A DNA stretch of 64,000 bases from Schizochytrium sp. TIO01 (lineage: Eukaryota > Protista > Bigyra: Labyrinthulomycetes), in assembly GCA_004764695.1 (NCBI GenBank), contig SMSO01000025.1, positions 868,001 through 932,000 of the forward strand, written 5' to 3'. Below the pieces are notes generated by a model. That model saw only the letters and a program-made list of their open reading frames with translations, was not told the origin of the DNA and made no database searches. Shown one piece after another: positions 37,337-51,500 of this stretch (position 1 is the stretch's first letter; every line of letters begins with the position of its first letter). The translations under genes were made by a program, and so were the position numbers.

Positions 37337-38751
37337 CTTTAGCTCTAACATGCGCCTTTTAGCTCCTACCTAACGCTATTGCCTCGCTTCATGTTATGTT
37401 TGGCCCGGTAGCCAATGCTGCAAAGCACGCAGTGTCTACCTACGCTTAATTTGTCCAGCAAAGGCAGGATCCGAGATGCTGACAACTCCACTTCACTCAA
37501 ATCAACTGCCCAACCCCCATTTAGTTCGTTTGACGGACAAGCTTGCGCCTCAGCCTAATTTAAAGCTACTCATTAATTACTTTCTCATGCTTTTGAATTA
37601 ATAACTTGGCTAAGAAAATACCCGGTAAGAAGTTTGTGAAAGAGGTTATCCAACGCTCAAAGTTGAAAATTAAGCACTGCAGATTGTTTGGGAGAATGCA
37701 AGGTACACTACTCAGAGTTTGCTGGAAATCGCTCCCACTGAGGACGATAGCAATGGCTCGCTTGACGCGACAAACACAGAGAGCCTCTGTGCAACAGGAT
37801 CCATCGCTTCCTAACCCATCAGGCCTTTTCTTACCCAAGCGTTCCGTCACCACTGGAATGCTGCGCCCAAAGTGGCGAATCATTACAGAAGTCGTTGAAG
37901 TATTTGAAAGCTGAAGCCTATCCTACTAAAGCAGGCTGCCCCAACACTCAACACCAGTGTGCCAGTATTTTCCTCTGGCGAGGCCTGGCCAACCTCATTT
38001 ACTAGCGAATATAAGTGGAAATCAGACCTAATTGATGTGGTCAGCTTACCTCCAAAAGGACCAGAGAAGTCAGAAATTGCGCTCTTTCTTTTATGGAATG
38101 CCGGCTGCTGTTTACCAACAACTCCACAAAAGCAAGTCGCAAGGTACATATATGACCGACGTGTATTCAGTTTCTCCATATGCTTACCCAACGCTGCTTC
38201 GCAGAAGGTGCGCTTGCTACCTACCTTTTTGTACTCATAACTTGATAATAAGTGTCTCAAGTGGTTATTTAGTTGAAAACTTTTATTACTATCATATTTT
38301 CCATTGAATGAAATTACTGGAAACTTTAACAATTGAGCCAGTAATAATCATTTTCATTTTCATTTTCATTAAAAAAAAAAAGTTTATAATTTAAAAAAAT
38401 CCGTCTGCAGTTTTGTTAGTACTATATGTATATTCAAATGTCGGTTACCCAAGTTTTTATAGAATTGCTGGCATAGAATTACTGACAACGTTTATAATAG
38501 GTATTAGCAGTGTAGCATCGCGCGTGTTTGTATATTCTTACCTCCAGTATTTTCTAATCTGGAGATGAGAAGTGAATCTGGCCAGTTAGAGTGCTCAAAT
38601 AGCACGTTTTTCTGGCTTGGGCCTTAATAATTCAAAATGTCAGCGACAGGTTTTAGCGAAGACGAGACAAGTCCGCAAACGAGGGACTTTAAAATAACAA
38701 TTCATACACAATCCATCTGCAACCAGCAACATGACACACAGGGCGAACACA

Positions 38752-38835
38752 TGCAGCTGTAGCAGTAGCAGCTTCAGCAGCTCCAGCAGTGGCAGCAGTG
38801 GCAGCAGTGGCAGCAGTGGCAGCAGTAGTAAGCAG
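38752..38835. repeat. GCAGCAGTG-type 9-bp/trinucleotide tandem repeat
   Basis: Repeated GCAGCAGTG/GCAGCAGTA units. Confidence 0.85.
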
Positions 38836-41174
38836 CCGGCGTGTGGCTGTCTGTGCTAGAAACGTGCTAAAGCGAACTCAAACCTCTTCGCGTGATGTGC
38901 TAGACAAATCTCCTAGAGAAGAACATCTTTTTGAGACGTCTTCCTTTCTTTTTCTTTTTACTAAATTGAGAAGAGTAAACGTCTTTGGTTTGTTAATTTA
39001 ATTCTTTAAACGTCACGCGCATATTCTTTTGCATAGTGAACTCTAGTATCTCCTTGGTCTATATATGTTTAATTTTTTTTATTTAAATTCAAATTGTATC
39101 CCGATGTATGAGAATGCTATGCTATGGTTAGGGGGGAAAGCAGAGAACTTTCAAGTACAAGAGGCTTCTTTCATTATTTTCTTTTATTCTTTCAATTGGA
39201 TAAATCCAAGTCATATTGAGCGGAAACTTAAGGAACACCGATCCGACTAAATCACAAAAGTCTAATGGGATTATTGGCTCCAAGGTCTTAGAGATACCAA
39301 GAATGTTTTCCAGGCATTGCTTAGAAAATGGAGCTAGACTAATGAATTCTCCAACACGATTGATTATCATTTGCAACCCAGTGGAGGAATTGCGGTAAAA
39401 GAATATCTTTCTATTCGCTTGTTGTTAAACTTTACACAATGGTTACCTAGCTGATGAGAGTCATAATTAGAAAACTGAAATAAATATTTTGAAAATAGAC
39501 GATTACTTACCTCTTTCATATCAGTTATTGTTGAAGTGCGCGGAGGCGTCATCCAAGCTGCTTCCGTGCAAACAGACTTAATAAGCTGGCCCAGATCTTT
39601 TCCTGGACTTTCTTCAACTGTAGCTTTGTTTAGACTAAGGAGTCAGGTATATTACCTTCTGCTCTATTATCTTCTGCTAGTAAATAAAACTACGAACGAA
39701 TTTGAATAGACTATCTGTTCAAATGATCATGTTTCATTTTATTTTATAATAGAGTAAAATACTAAAATATATTTTAAAATTATATACATACATATATATA
39801 TAATCTGGGGAAATAAGAGAAGAAAACAAGGGGTTTTCTCAAGTGAGCGTGTGGGAGCAGAGGCTGAGATGGTAGTGGCCCTGTGACGTACTCCGGGTCT
39901 CTGTGAATCTTCTTCAAACTTCAAACAGCTTTCCAAATCAGCTTGCCCCTCTGTAGCATTCAACTCCCAAGCTGATTGCTTCTTCTCTTATCAATACGCA
40001 TTGGTCAATCAATCTGTGTCTATGCTGGTTGATCCTCTTTTTCTCTGCGCATGCCTTCGTCACGGCAATGAGATCGAAAGCTACTTTTAAAATTTACGAA
40101 GAATGAAGTTGAAAGTGTGTAAGATGAGGGAGATGACAGCTCGGCGCAAGACCCTGTCATCTGCCATTTGCCATAAAGCCAAAAATCAAAGTACAGTGGC
40201 AGAAACGGACGGTGCAGAGAGAGAGAGAGAGAGAGAGCATTTGCCTTTTGATGCCATATGGTTTGAGTTTCTGAGGATATCTCTTTCCGTCTTTCTCTTT
40301 CACAAAGATGTTTTTCTTTTGTTTTCTTTTTCGTTGTCATCATAGTAGTAAATATTACTATGTTACCATGGTTGTTGATAGCAAATCAGGCGTTGCTCAT
40401 TTCAAGCTCCTTTCATTATTTTTGTAGAAGGTAATAAAATAAGTGTTTAATTTGTCCCGTAAAAACATGAAGTTTTAAACCAATTCATCAAAATAATAAT
40501 AATCGTATACCTTTAACTTAATATTAATTTTATGATTTCCTAACTAATAATATATTATAAATGTACATTGTTTATTTATTTGTTCACGAAAATGAGGAAA
40601 ACAAGAGAGGTCTTTACTAAAATTAAGAAATACTCCTAGCTAGTCACAAATGTATTACGTTTTGCTCAAAGAGAGGCAGAAACTATTGTAACTTAATTTG
40701 CCGACAGTCCTGGGAAAGAGTGCGTAAGTGGGGAATGAGAGTAGCAAACCGAGGCTTCACCTCCCTTTTTTGCTTGAGAGGATAGATGGTGAAAAAGAAA
40801 ATGAGAGGCCCTGAGAATTAAAAAAACTCAGGTAGAGAGTAGAAGTGAAGATGATATACAAGCGAGGGCCGGTCTCGAAGAACAAGAGCGTAATTAAAGC
40901 GCGATCAGACATGAATACATATAAAACTTTCTTATAATACATGTTTTTTTGTTTCAGGATAGGGAAGATGAGGTACGTACCGTACGTGTATGTTGAGACA
41001 GTTCTCGATAGAAAGTATCAGTAAAAAGTCGAATTCCACTTTTCCTCTTTTTACTTCTTTCTTTAAAACAAAATGAAAATCTTATTTCTCAAATAAAAGA
41101 GCTACACCGTGAATAATTAGGTATGTAATTATGCGAGAAACTATATATTTTTACCAATCTTCTAAAGATTGAAT

Positions 41175-41560
41175 GAGAGACAGAGTGAGAAATGAAAATA
41201 TAGACACAGACACAGACATAGGCATAGACAGAAACAGAGACTGACACAGTGGCAGGAGCAGAGACAGAGGCAGAGGCAGAGAGGCAAAGGCAGCGACTGA
41301 GACTGAGACTGTGACAGGGACGGAGGGCGCTAGAGAGAGACAGAGAGGATGTCGGTACGCAGACTCAGGAGAGAAGAAACCGGAGGAGATGAAGTGAGAA
41401 AATGATGTGAGGGACAAAAGTCTTGAGAGGGGGAATGTGCGGAAGGAAAATGATTTCGAGTGTAAGAGGGTTTGTAAGATGAGTGAGAGAGGCACTGGAA
41501 GAGAGAGAAGAAAGAGAGGTGGGTGAGAGGGAAAAGAAATTCAATCGAGAGTTGACTTAT
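41175..41560. repeat. Purine-rich (GA/GACA) low-complexity tract
   Basis: GACACA, GGCAGA, GACTGA and GAGA runs. Confidence 0.75.
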
Positions 41561-42032
41561 CTCTGGAGAGGGTGAGGAAAATAATTGAGAGGTGGAAAAA
41601 GTGTGTAAATGAAAGAACTTTATCTGTGCAAGGAATGAGGAGAGGAAAAGCTGTTTTCAGAGGAGAAATGAGACGGAAAGTGCGTGATGTGAGGAGTAAT
41701 TGGGGAGGTCAAAAAACCAAAGGGGGAAGACTAGCTAGTAGAGATTTGCAATACATAGCTCTTCCTCGAAATCAGATTTAGTCCAAAATTGGCTTAAAAC
41801 TCAGAGGGAACGGGAATTTGCCAAGCAGATACAACTGATTTAAAATTACGCAAGAAAACTGCCAGCACTAGTCCCGGACAGTCAGAAGAACTTTCACAAG
41901 GAATGGAGCTGCAAAAAACTAATGGTTCACCAGGCCTTGGTAGGCGTACCCCCCTCTCTGGTCAGCTGACTGCTCTGCAAAGAGCATCTCGGTGCAGCTG
42001 TTGTTGAGTGTACATCTAGGCTAGGGCTCCAC

Positions 42033-42112
42033 GCCTGCCTGCCTGCCTGCCTGCCTGACTGACTGACTGACTGCCTGCCTGCCTGCGTGCCTACCTGCGT
42101 GCGTGCCTCCCT
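42033..42112. repeat. Compound (GCCT)n/(GACT)n microsatellite
   Basis: Seen directly, upstream of AP2 paralog 2. Confidence 0.9.
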
Positions 42113-42950
42113 ACCTGGCTCTGCAGGGGATGCCCTTGCAGCCTCAGCAAGCTATCAAGCTAGGTCTAGTTCCCCTACTCGCCCTCCTTAAATTTATTTA
42201 TTTAATTTCATCCATTAAATCTCTTTCTTCTTTTCTTTTTTCTTTCTTTTATTTACATCGAAATACAATCTATTTTGATCCAAACACCACAAGGCTACTG
42301 CGGGCCGATGCTTTGACGAAGTTTGCCGGTGCTAGTTTTTCTTCATACCACCACGTCTAGTGCTCAAAGCTATAAGGCAATGAATTAAGCCGAATAGAAA
42401 GCTAACAACTTCTTGAGAGGGTAATTTGAGAGCAAGCAGCTTCAAAACTTTTTTCCTCCTCACGGAGAAAGTCTACTGCGGGGGAAAATAGAGAGTAGGT
42501 TGAAAGCTGCCAGCTTTTCTGTTGCTTTTCCCAGACTATTGCTGGTAGGCATCCAGTCTCTTGTCCTTTCCCCCGAGCAAAGCAACTTGCTCGAGTAGCT
42601 CAAGTCGTGGGTTGGTTGAATAACCTGTGTATTTCGCGCAAGCGTCGAGAAGCGAGTTGCGAGCAGCAGCAGACAGCGAATTGTGGGCATCGTACGTGCG
42701 GCGGCTTCGTGCAGGAGAGTCCGCGCTCTTTTCGTTCGAGGGAGACGTGAGGACAGACAAAAGGTGGAGAAGGGAAAGAAGGAGATCGGCAGCTCACCAG
42801 GCATCGATCGCCCAAGGAGTCGTCGATCTTGCCCGGTTCAAGCGAGCTTAGCGGCCAACGTTGCTTTGAGCGCGCGCAACACACCATAGATACAGCAAGA
42901 CTCAAGGGGCTGAGTCTGGTGTATTACAGCTGTGCGCCCCGTTAAATAAG

Positions 42951-43006
42951 ATGAGCCAAAATTCAGCTATGAGCTCTCTGCAGTACGTCCTTTGGTCGCA
43001 GCAGCA

Positions 43007-43043
<37 letters not shown>

Positions 43044-44540
43044 TCGCACAACGAACAACAGCGCACGCCCCTTGGAGAGCAACCACGCGAGGATACCCAA
43101 CAGAAAAAACAAAGTACGCAGTCCCAAATGCAGCAGCAATCTATGCCACAGCAGCTTCTGTTTTTGCAACAACAGATGAACCAGCAACAGCAGCAGGAAC
43201 AGCAGCATCAGCAACAACCACAGCAACAACAGCCTCTCCTTCACCAACAGCAAATGCAACAATTGAAAATGGGCGATTCACAAAATCAAGGAAGCCAGCA
43301 GCAACAGCGCCAGGCCCAGATGAACCAGCCTATGTTTATGCCAGGCAATGACAACACCTTTCAATTTTTACACATGCCTCAGTCTACCGACCAGCAGCAA
43401 CAGCAACAACAGCAGAACATGATGCAGTGGTTCCAACCTCAGCAATTGCAAAGTGTTAACCAGCAACCTTCAAGCCCACAACAGCAGCAACAACAAAACA
43501 TGATGCAGTGGCTTCAACCTCCACAACAATCCTTTCAAAGCCAGCCGCAGCAAACGCAAAGCTCTAATGGGCTTTCACAACAACAGCATATTCCCCCCCA
43601 AGGCATGCAACAATTTTCTATGCAGCAACCGCAGCAACAACAACAGCAGCAGCAGATGAACCCTAACCTGGGGATGCAGAGCATGCCACTGTTTCAACGT
43701 CAAATTGTTCAACAGCCGCAGTTTGTTGCGCAGAACGGCACTTCATACATGATCAATGGAATTCCTGTGTGGATGTCTAACGGCAACATGGCGCAGGGGT
43801 ATGCGCCAGCAGGCGGGTCTCAATTTGCCCCTTTTGGCTCTGGCCCGATGCCAATGCTTGCTCAGTCCATGTCTAACATGCCGGCTACCTTCTCCCTCAT
43901 TTCAGGACAGCCGATGGCACGGGTTCACACTACATCCTCAAAGTACCGTGGTGTTTACTGGAATAAGAACTGCAAAGCTTGGAGAGCGCGTATTTGGGTC
44001 AACAGCAAGAGCGAACACCTCGGAAACTTTGACGATGAAAAGGAAGCGGCTAGAGCATTTGATCGTCGTGCTCTTGAGTTGAACCGCATTACCTCATTGA
44101 ATTTTCCAGATGAGATCCCAAGGCGCAAAAGGTCATCAAAGAAGCGTCGCCATCGTTCCTCCAAGTCTAGCAGCGATTCATCTTCTGATAATGACCATGA
44201 GCAAATCACCGACTCGGTTGATTCTCAATCTATGGCTACAGCAAAACTTCACCAGAAGAACTCAGTCCGGGATGCTGAGGTTGACGAAGTGAACGAAGCT
44301 GACCGCATTCATTCCAAGAAAAAGCGCAAGTCTGAACCAGGAGCACGAAGCGAAGCTGAATCTTCATCTTCTGGGTCCGCAGATCCGTCCACCTATTCCT
44401 CACACGACAGTCCAAACAGCAGCCGATGCGATAGCATCGGCGATTCCTCATCCTCCTCCTCTGACACAGGTAATTCCAAGGGCGACACATCAAGCAGTAG
44501 TGCTACAGTGAAGGCAGAGAAGTCCTCAAACGAGGGATGA
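42951..44540 (+). CDS. AP2/ERF-domain transcription factor with polyQ N-terminus, paralog 2
   Basis: SSKYRGVYWNKNCKAWRARIWVNSKSEHLGNFDDEKEAARAFDRRALELNRITSLNFP at about 43935-44110. Q-rich N-terminus, basic NLS-like RRKRSSKKRR and Ser-rich tail. Confidence 0.93.
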
Positions 44541-45111
44541 AGCACTTGTGTGGTACGGGGGAAAAAATTGTACCATTCATTTTCAGTTCCTCGTGTCTAT
44601 TGCTAAACATTCTGCCTCTTGTCCATTTATCATATGACATAACTCCTGCACTGACCAAAGAATCACCCTGTATCATTCTAACTTTCGCCTTGCTACGGCG
44701 AACCCCCAACGCCTTGAAAGCCTGACTATCTTCCTACGCATGAGAACTTCCCTTAGTGTCCACATGAGGTTCCCTGTTGATTTGTTTTGCCGATGCACAT
44801 CACCTCTCTTGACGAATTTGTGCAAATTTTCGAACCTATAACTTCTTTAAGAATCTTGAGTTTTTTAATTCTGAAATACCATATCATACCATACGTGTCC
44901 TGCACGGCTAGTATCTGGGCGCTGGGATACTTCAAATGAATAAAACACTTTGAGCAATCATGTGCCAAGTTTGAATGGTTTAAGTGATTCCTTAAATATT
45001 TCACCCTCTTGAAATTTTGCGTCATTTGCTTCTCTTTCTCTGGATGAAGAGAAAACAAACCAAAGGACAACGTACAAGTGACGTGATGACGAAATACAAT
45101 GAATTGATAGC

Positions 45112-45135
45112 TTGCTAGCTTGCTAGCTAGCTAGC

Positions 45136-45232
<97 letters not shown>
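45112..45232. repeat. (GCTA)n + (TTGA)n microsatellite
   Basis: Long perfect TTGA run 45136-45232 preceded by GCTA units. Confidence 0.95.
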
Positions 45233-46338
45233 AATGAAAGTAAAGAGGAATTATTGCATCAGGAATGAAATAGGTTTGTTCCTTAACTCGCATATCCACC
45301 AGGCAGAGAAACTGTTTGGAACTGCAATAGCTTAGGTACCCTATTCCTCCAAACGCAGGAACCTATGCAATATTCTGATTTCCTCAACTTAATTTTTTTT
45401 TTTGCGGCTCAGCACATTGTCTTGACACAGTCAAGATCGGATAGATTGTGAGTGGTACCATAGGTTTCAATCGAATCTTTGAATGATATCTTTTGACATG
45501 TGGTATTTTCTCTATTATCATTTGCCAGAGGCTGTTGCTAGCGACCCTTTTCCTTGTAGAACCCGATGAGTGCTATGCTCCGGCTGGAGTAGTGAAAGTT
45601 GATCAGATGGGGTACAGAGCTTAGGTATATTGTTTTAATTTTCAATGTCATGATGTTTCACCTAAGCTAGTGATTAGATACTCTTATTTATGGTTGGGAA
45701 GGAGCCTAATAACAAGCTGTGAGGCACCTGCATCTCACCTGCAAGGTATCCTAAATGCCTCTGAGCGTCTTTTGCGCTCTTATTTGTCAGAGGCTACCAA
45801 CCCTATAACTCCTTTCACCTCAACTTGCGTAAAAACTCATCTAATAACATAGGTATACATCTTTCGGTGGGTCTACACTAATCAGAGATAACTGAATGAG
45901 TTTAAACCTTGGGTGAAAAACTCAAGCCAAAACAATCACTCAGTCTGGACATTGTACTAGTAGTAGTTCTTATGTCTGTCTACAAGACCTATGTACCCAG
46001 CTAGATGATAAACAAGCAAGGAATTAATTTATCTCAGCTACATGAATTTTATTTTTTTTGAAAAGCAAAAAAAAACAAAAAACCTAGAGGTAGGTTCCTA
46101 ATTAGGTGTAGCTAGCTAGCTAGCTAGCTAGGTTAATAGTAGAAAGAGAAATAGAAGGCAAGAAAAAAAAAAGATGCAAGAAGAGCATCTGGTCACTGCA
46201 CCTCGAGGTTCATGATTCAACCAGGCGCTAAGTGCCAAAGGTTGCCCTATTTCACGTCTGAAAGAGGCTGAACTCACTCAAGGTCTCTGATAGATCGCCT
46301 GTATCCAACATATAACACGATAAGAAAACTTCCTCGTC

Positions 46339-47457
46339 ATGCAACATAACGACCAGGAGATCCTAAATACAATCGCTGCTCAAACGCCCTCGAACCAGAT
46401 ATCGTCCTTATCTCACCAGCAGCCAGCAAGAACACAATCATTAGACCTAGAAGATCAACCAACAGAAGTCACTGACCTCGCCTCGCGAGAGGCGCTACTG
46501 CTTTCATCTGCAGACCACCAGAACTTTGATCTACAGAAGAGCTCTGACCAGGATTCCCTCTTACATCAGAACCGGGCACAAAGCTTGGAATTTGCTTCCC
46601 TTGTGCAGAACTATGACTACCAGACTAAGCAAACCAATGGCGAGTCTTCATACTTTTGTTCAGATCAGTATACATCTCAAGCGAATCAGGAAGCATCAGT
46701 GCAACAACCTATCAACACAGATCTATCGAGTGAGCAAGATAGTCATAGTTTTCCCGCAGAGGTGAGCAATGTACCTACCAACCAAAACAGTCTTCCTGAG
46801 GTCCTTTCTCGGGCAAACAATTCACATAATATTGATTCTACAGCTCCTACCGGCGCTCGCCGGCTGGGTGGTGAATATAAACCTAAAGCAACTATCACCT
46901 CGTTGCAATTCAATTTTGATGAAAGTGCAGGTCGAGTTAAAAATACCAATCAGCCCAACCCATCATTGCCATTGCCTCAGCGAATGTTCGTCCCCGAGAA
47001 TGCGTTGGCCCAAAATCCTTTACCAGTATTTCCATCTCCGTTTGACCAGCGCCTTGCTACTGAAGCTCGTCAACACCCGCTTTCATCCAAGTATCGTGGT
47101 GTGTATTGGAACAAGAACTGCAAAGCTTGGCGTGCTCGAATTTGGGTCAATGGAAAGAGTGAACATTTAGGTAACTTTGATGATGAGTTTGAGGCTGCAA
47201 GAGCTTTTGATAAGCGTGCCTTGGACCTTGGACGAAATGGAACAATGAATTTTCCTATGGAGAGTGTTTCTTCACAGTTTCTGTCGCGACGTAAAGACCA
47301 TAGACGCATCAGTTGTGAAAATAGTTCCTCCTCACGTCAAAGTACTGAACTACAGAACCATCAGCGCTCTCTCCTGAATACACCTGAGGAGCAAGAACAA
47401 TCTGACTTATCACACACTTTGCAACAAGACTTCTTGATAAATGAGAACCTTGTCTAA
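46339..47457 (+). CDS. AP2/ERF-domain transcription factor, paralog 3
   Basis: SSKYRGVYWNKNCKAWRARIWVNGKSEHLGNFDDEFEAARAFDKRALDLGRNGTMNFP at about 47083-47256. Confidence 0.9.
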   Translation: MQHNDQEILNTIAAQTPSNQISSLSHQQPARTQSLDLEDQPTEVTDLASREALLLSSADHQNFDLQKSSDQDSLLHQNRAQSLEFASLVQNYDYQTKQTNGESSYFCSDQYTSQANQEASVQQPINTDLSSEQDSHSFPAEVSNVPTNQNSLPEVLSRANNSHNIDSTAPTGARRLGGEYKPKATITSLQFNFDESAGRVKNTNQPNPSLPLPQRMFVPENALAQNPLPVFPSPFDQRLATEARQHPLSSKYRGVYWNKNCKAWRARIWVNGKSEHLGNFDDEFEAARAFDKRALDLGRNGTMNFPMESVSSQFLSRRKDHRRISCENSSSSRQSTELQNHQRSLLNTPEEQEQSDLSHTLQQDFLINENLV

Positions 47458-48557
47458 TGTGATAACACATTTAAACAAAATCAAAGCAAAAATGGATTGA
47501 ACAAATTTTCAAGCGCTCCTACCTCTTTTGACTTCGTAGAAACAACTTCCTTACCATAAAGATTATGAACGAGCTGGGAATATTGGATACGCGAAACGTG
47601 TATTTCTATAAGGAAAGGGGGGGATGGGCTGACAAAATGATTTCTCAAACGAAGACAACAATCATTAAGATCAACTTACTCAAAGTTAAATGTTCTGTAA
47701 ATATTATGTAAGATCAACAAGATTATTTTTTCAGAGTTATCTTGCTGATTAAATTTTTTATAACCTCAATGCCTCGGCTTGATTTGCCAAACGTCGCATA
47801 GTGTTGCTTTTGATAGCAAAAACGTACTGTGGAATTGTGGAATCATATTATCAATATTAGCAATCGAGAAGCGAGTATAGGGAATACAGTAAGATTTCCT
47901 GGCAATCTAATGCAAGTCTCAAGGCAATAAGACTCAATTGGATGCAATTGAAGAATAGTCTTCTGATCGATGCACATCAAGACTCAAAGCAATCAAGTGC
48001 GACACTCGCATAGGCAATCTATAAATCGCAGCTTGATGAAACCAGAACTTAATGTTGTGGATCTCTGTGATAACTCAACTGCTGAGATTACCAACCAAAG
48101 GGTCATGTAGACAAGACAGTACCAAAGTCATGTATGACACGCTATTGTCGGTCCTTCACTATTAGAAATAACAGTATATAATAAGAATGTGACTACCAGA
48201 TACGAAAGCAAGAGGCTGAAGGAACTCAAGAGTGAAAATACGCTACATGATCAAAGAATTATTTAAGGGCAAGCCCGAATCAGAGGTTGAAGAAACGAGT
48301 TAACCTGACCTATTTGGGTTCTGTACAATGCAAACAAAGTCTTTATTAGTCTCCGATTTAGAAGTGGAACCAGCCCACCTGGATGTTCATCTCCGAGGTC
48401 AGCAGATCGCTAACCCAATAAGACAACGTACAATTCCTTGCCTTTAATCCCCCAGCCAATCTCTAACTGGTCAGGGATTATCTTTCAGCAGTATCCTCTT
48501 GGAATGATTACAGATTCTAACCGAGTTCAAGTTGCAAAAGGATCACAATGACCTTTT

Positions 48558-51500
48558 ATTTAAAAGTCGGCAGACGGCAAATTGGTAGTACTGGTGTGCG
48601 CAAAACAAAAATAGCGGACACGATTTTTGGGAACACGGGGGACCATTGATTTTTCTTCGAGACGAGAGGCAGTTTTCAGTAGAAACTATATATATATTAC
48701 TCTACAGTATCTCAACTTTTTAATGTACTAAATATCAGTATTTACGATGAGTTCGGTACCATATTTGTCAAATTTCAAACTTTGCTATAGCCAAATTAAT
48801 TCATAGCAAATTATTCTAGATTGCTACTACCACTCGTTCTTCGGAGATAGAGTTCTCCCGACCCCAGAGTAGTTAGAATATATAATTTATAATAGTTTAA
48901 CATATGAAACTATTAGTAGTGCTCAAGAGTTAATTAGATTTATTTTTTTATTTTTTAAGTTCTTTTATCCTGATTCTCCTAGCAATAATATTCCGTGAGG
49001 ATACATAAAGATACACTATGTCTTGTAGAATAACCATGCATATCGAAACCGATCAATATATTCGTTAACATGTTATAATTATTAGCAGACTGCACCGTGA
49101 AATAATTACTTAGTAGTGGATAGGAGGTACCTACCTACCCTTTCTAGCAAGATTAAAAGCTTTAACTCTGAAGTGAAATACAGTTTGTGGTTCCACTTTT
49201 GCAAGAGCAAAAATACATCAAAGCCAGAAGCACATCTGATACGCATGGACTCTAAGAATATTGCAAGTAAGAGATTCAATCGAAAATCATGGATGAGGAT
49301 TTCATTAAGGAGGTGCTGAATGATGTTGTCGAAAACTCTGCCTCTGACTCTTCGGTTTGGGGAAGCTCTTCCAGGGGTTGGGATGGCGATGTTGAATCAG
49401 ATGGCATTGAAAGCGAGATTGACGATTCAGAAGACGCAGGGAGTGTCTATTCTGATGGGACTATAGAAGACGAAGATAATGATGAAGTAGTAGAAAGGCA
49501 TAAGGTTGGTGAGCGTACAAAGCGCATAAGTGCTTGCCAGGATGACTTTATCAAATCTATGAGGCAAAAGGCGGAAAACACATCAGTCTATGACATGAAT
49601 AAAGTTCATAATTCTACGATATTTAGCCCAATGGCCATGACCTGGGTTCATCGTCCATCAAAAGCCTTAACACCCGAAGGTATGCATGTCCGTCCAGTTG
49701 GAATCTGGTGGCCCTCGAAGATGTTTAAATCAATGAAGGGAAAAATCCCTTGTCCAGGATGCAATAAGGATCCCAGCTGCCGTATTCAAGCAGGCCTTGT
49801 GAGCTATGATGATGGGTTTTGGACGGATTCCCCGCGAGAGATAATTGGCTGGTGTGAAACATGGTTTCTTCAGACAAGGCGATACACATGTAAAAGATGC
49901 GGTTTGACCTTCAAGAATAGTGATCCACGCGTTTTGCGCTTATGCCCAGAAGAAGTTCGTATATGTTTCAATCTAGTTTTAACAAAGCGTGCTGGGATTG
50001 AGCGCGAGCTCAGTCGATGGGCATACTCCATGTGGGTAAAGAGCCCCGCTTGGTGCGTAGCTCAGATTCGAGAATCTCATGTCCGTCATTTTGGTCGCTT
50101 AGAGTCCGAGTACTATTCACGCGCAGTTACAGCCCTACAGAAATTCATTATCTCAGGTAAAAACTCCAAACTAAACGGAAAGATAAGTGACCACTTCAAA
50201 AATCGCATTGACCCTGAAAGCGGCGAAACAAAACCCATGAAAGCAACTCTTGATGATGAAGAAGCTCCAACGCTTGATGAGCAAAACGACGAGAACTTTG
50301 CGGAGAGTTTCCTAAGCGTTAAAGTCGAACAAGTGAAGGGCTTCGGTAAAGAAAAACAAAAGGTTTTAATGAACATCTTCAATGTCGCGAGACCTTCAGT
50401 CCATGATTGCTTTACTGGGTTATCTATTTTTTTACAGCAAAGGAATCTTCTAGATGTCCTACAGGAAAAACGTTTTGATTTTTTGTCGAATAAAAACCGA
50501 ATGGACAAGCGGATAAAAACGTTGACAACCTGGAAAGATAATCTTTTGAAATTCTTATTCGAACAAGTAGAAAGTGATGCCGGGAAGGCTGCTGGTTATG
50601 GTAGTACAAGTGGAGAACCTGGCGAGAGTGCACTTACAGTTCAAGAGGCAATAAAGAAGGCGCAGCGTGCGCTAGTTAGACGCGACGCGCGAAATAGTCG
50701 AAACCATAAAAAAAGGCAGGCTGCCATTGAACAGGCAAAACAGAGGGCATTTGAGGTACAGAGGGATAAGCAGTACACTGAGGAAGACCGTTGTGATAAA
50801 GTGAACCCTTCAACCCAGTTGCAAAAATTTGGGTACTTTGATGATCCAGAAGGCTACAATGGTTTGCTCGTTGGTAGTAGACTAATTGATGGAGTATCGC
50901 TGCACCACTATCAGCATGAAGCGCGCCCACTTTTATACGAGACAGTAAGCTACAGTGCGAGGTTTATCTCCATAGACTGCACCTTCAAAATCCCTGATCG
51001 AATTGTAGTTTATCTCACTCAAGATGACAAGTCAAGGTTAGTTTTGCGGCCTCATCAAGCGCTGCTAACAATCACCAATGAATACAACCAGGTCGTTTAT
51101 CATGCAGCCTTGGCAAATAGTGAAAACAACTCCGAAATCAAAGCCGTTCTAGAACGTTTTCGACGTATTCGTGTTGAAATGGGCGAAAAAGATTACAAAC
51201 CAGACTGTGTTTGGACTGATACATGCTGTTCCAGATCAAAGGGAATTATCGAAGAGGTATTTGGCAAAGATGTGCCAGTACGGCTAGACCTATTTCATTG
51301 GTTGCGCCGTTTAGATCCTATCATGTCAACAAAGCCAACATGTCCTCGCAGATTAGCTTTTCAGCGAGCACTAGTCGACGCTTTCATCATGAGGAATTCC
51401 GAAGAAGTGAAAAAAGTTGAGGAAGAACACAAAGGCAGACACCAAAAATACATCCGAAAAAAGATAGCAGAGACAGTTCCAGGTAATATTCCTGGACCAA

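Noticed and set aside
37566-38332. Group of 90-150-aa ORFs on both strands
   Set aside because: Mostly non-ATG starts, no recognisable domain and no consistent frame.
42963-43351. PolyL and polyA ORFs
   Set aside because: Alternative-frame reads of the CAG/CAA polyQ tract of AP2 paralog 2.
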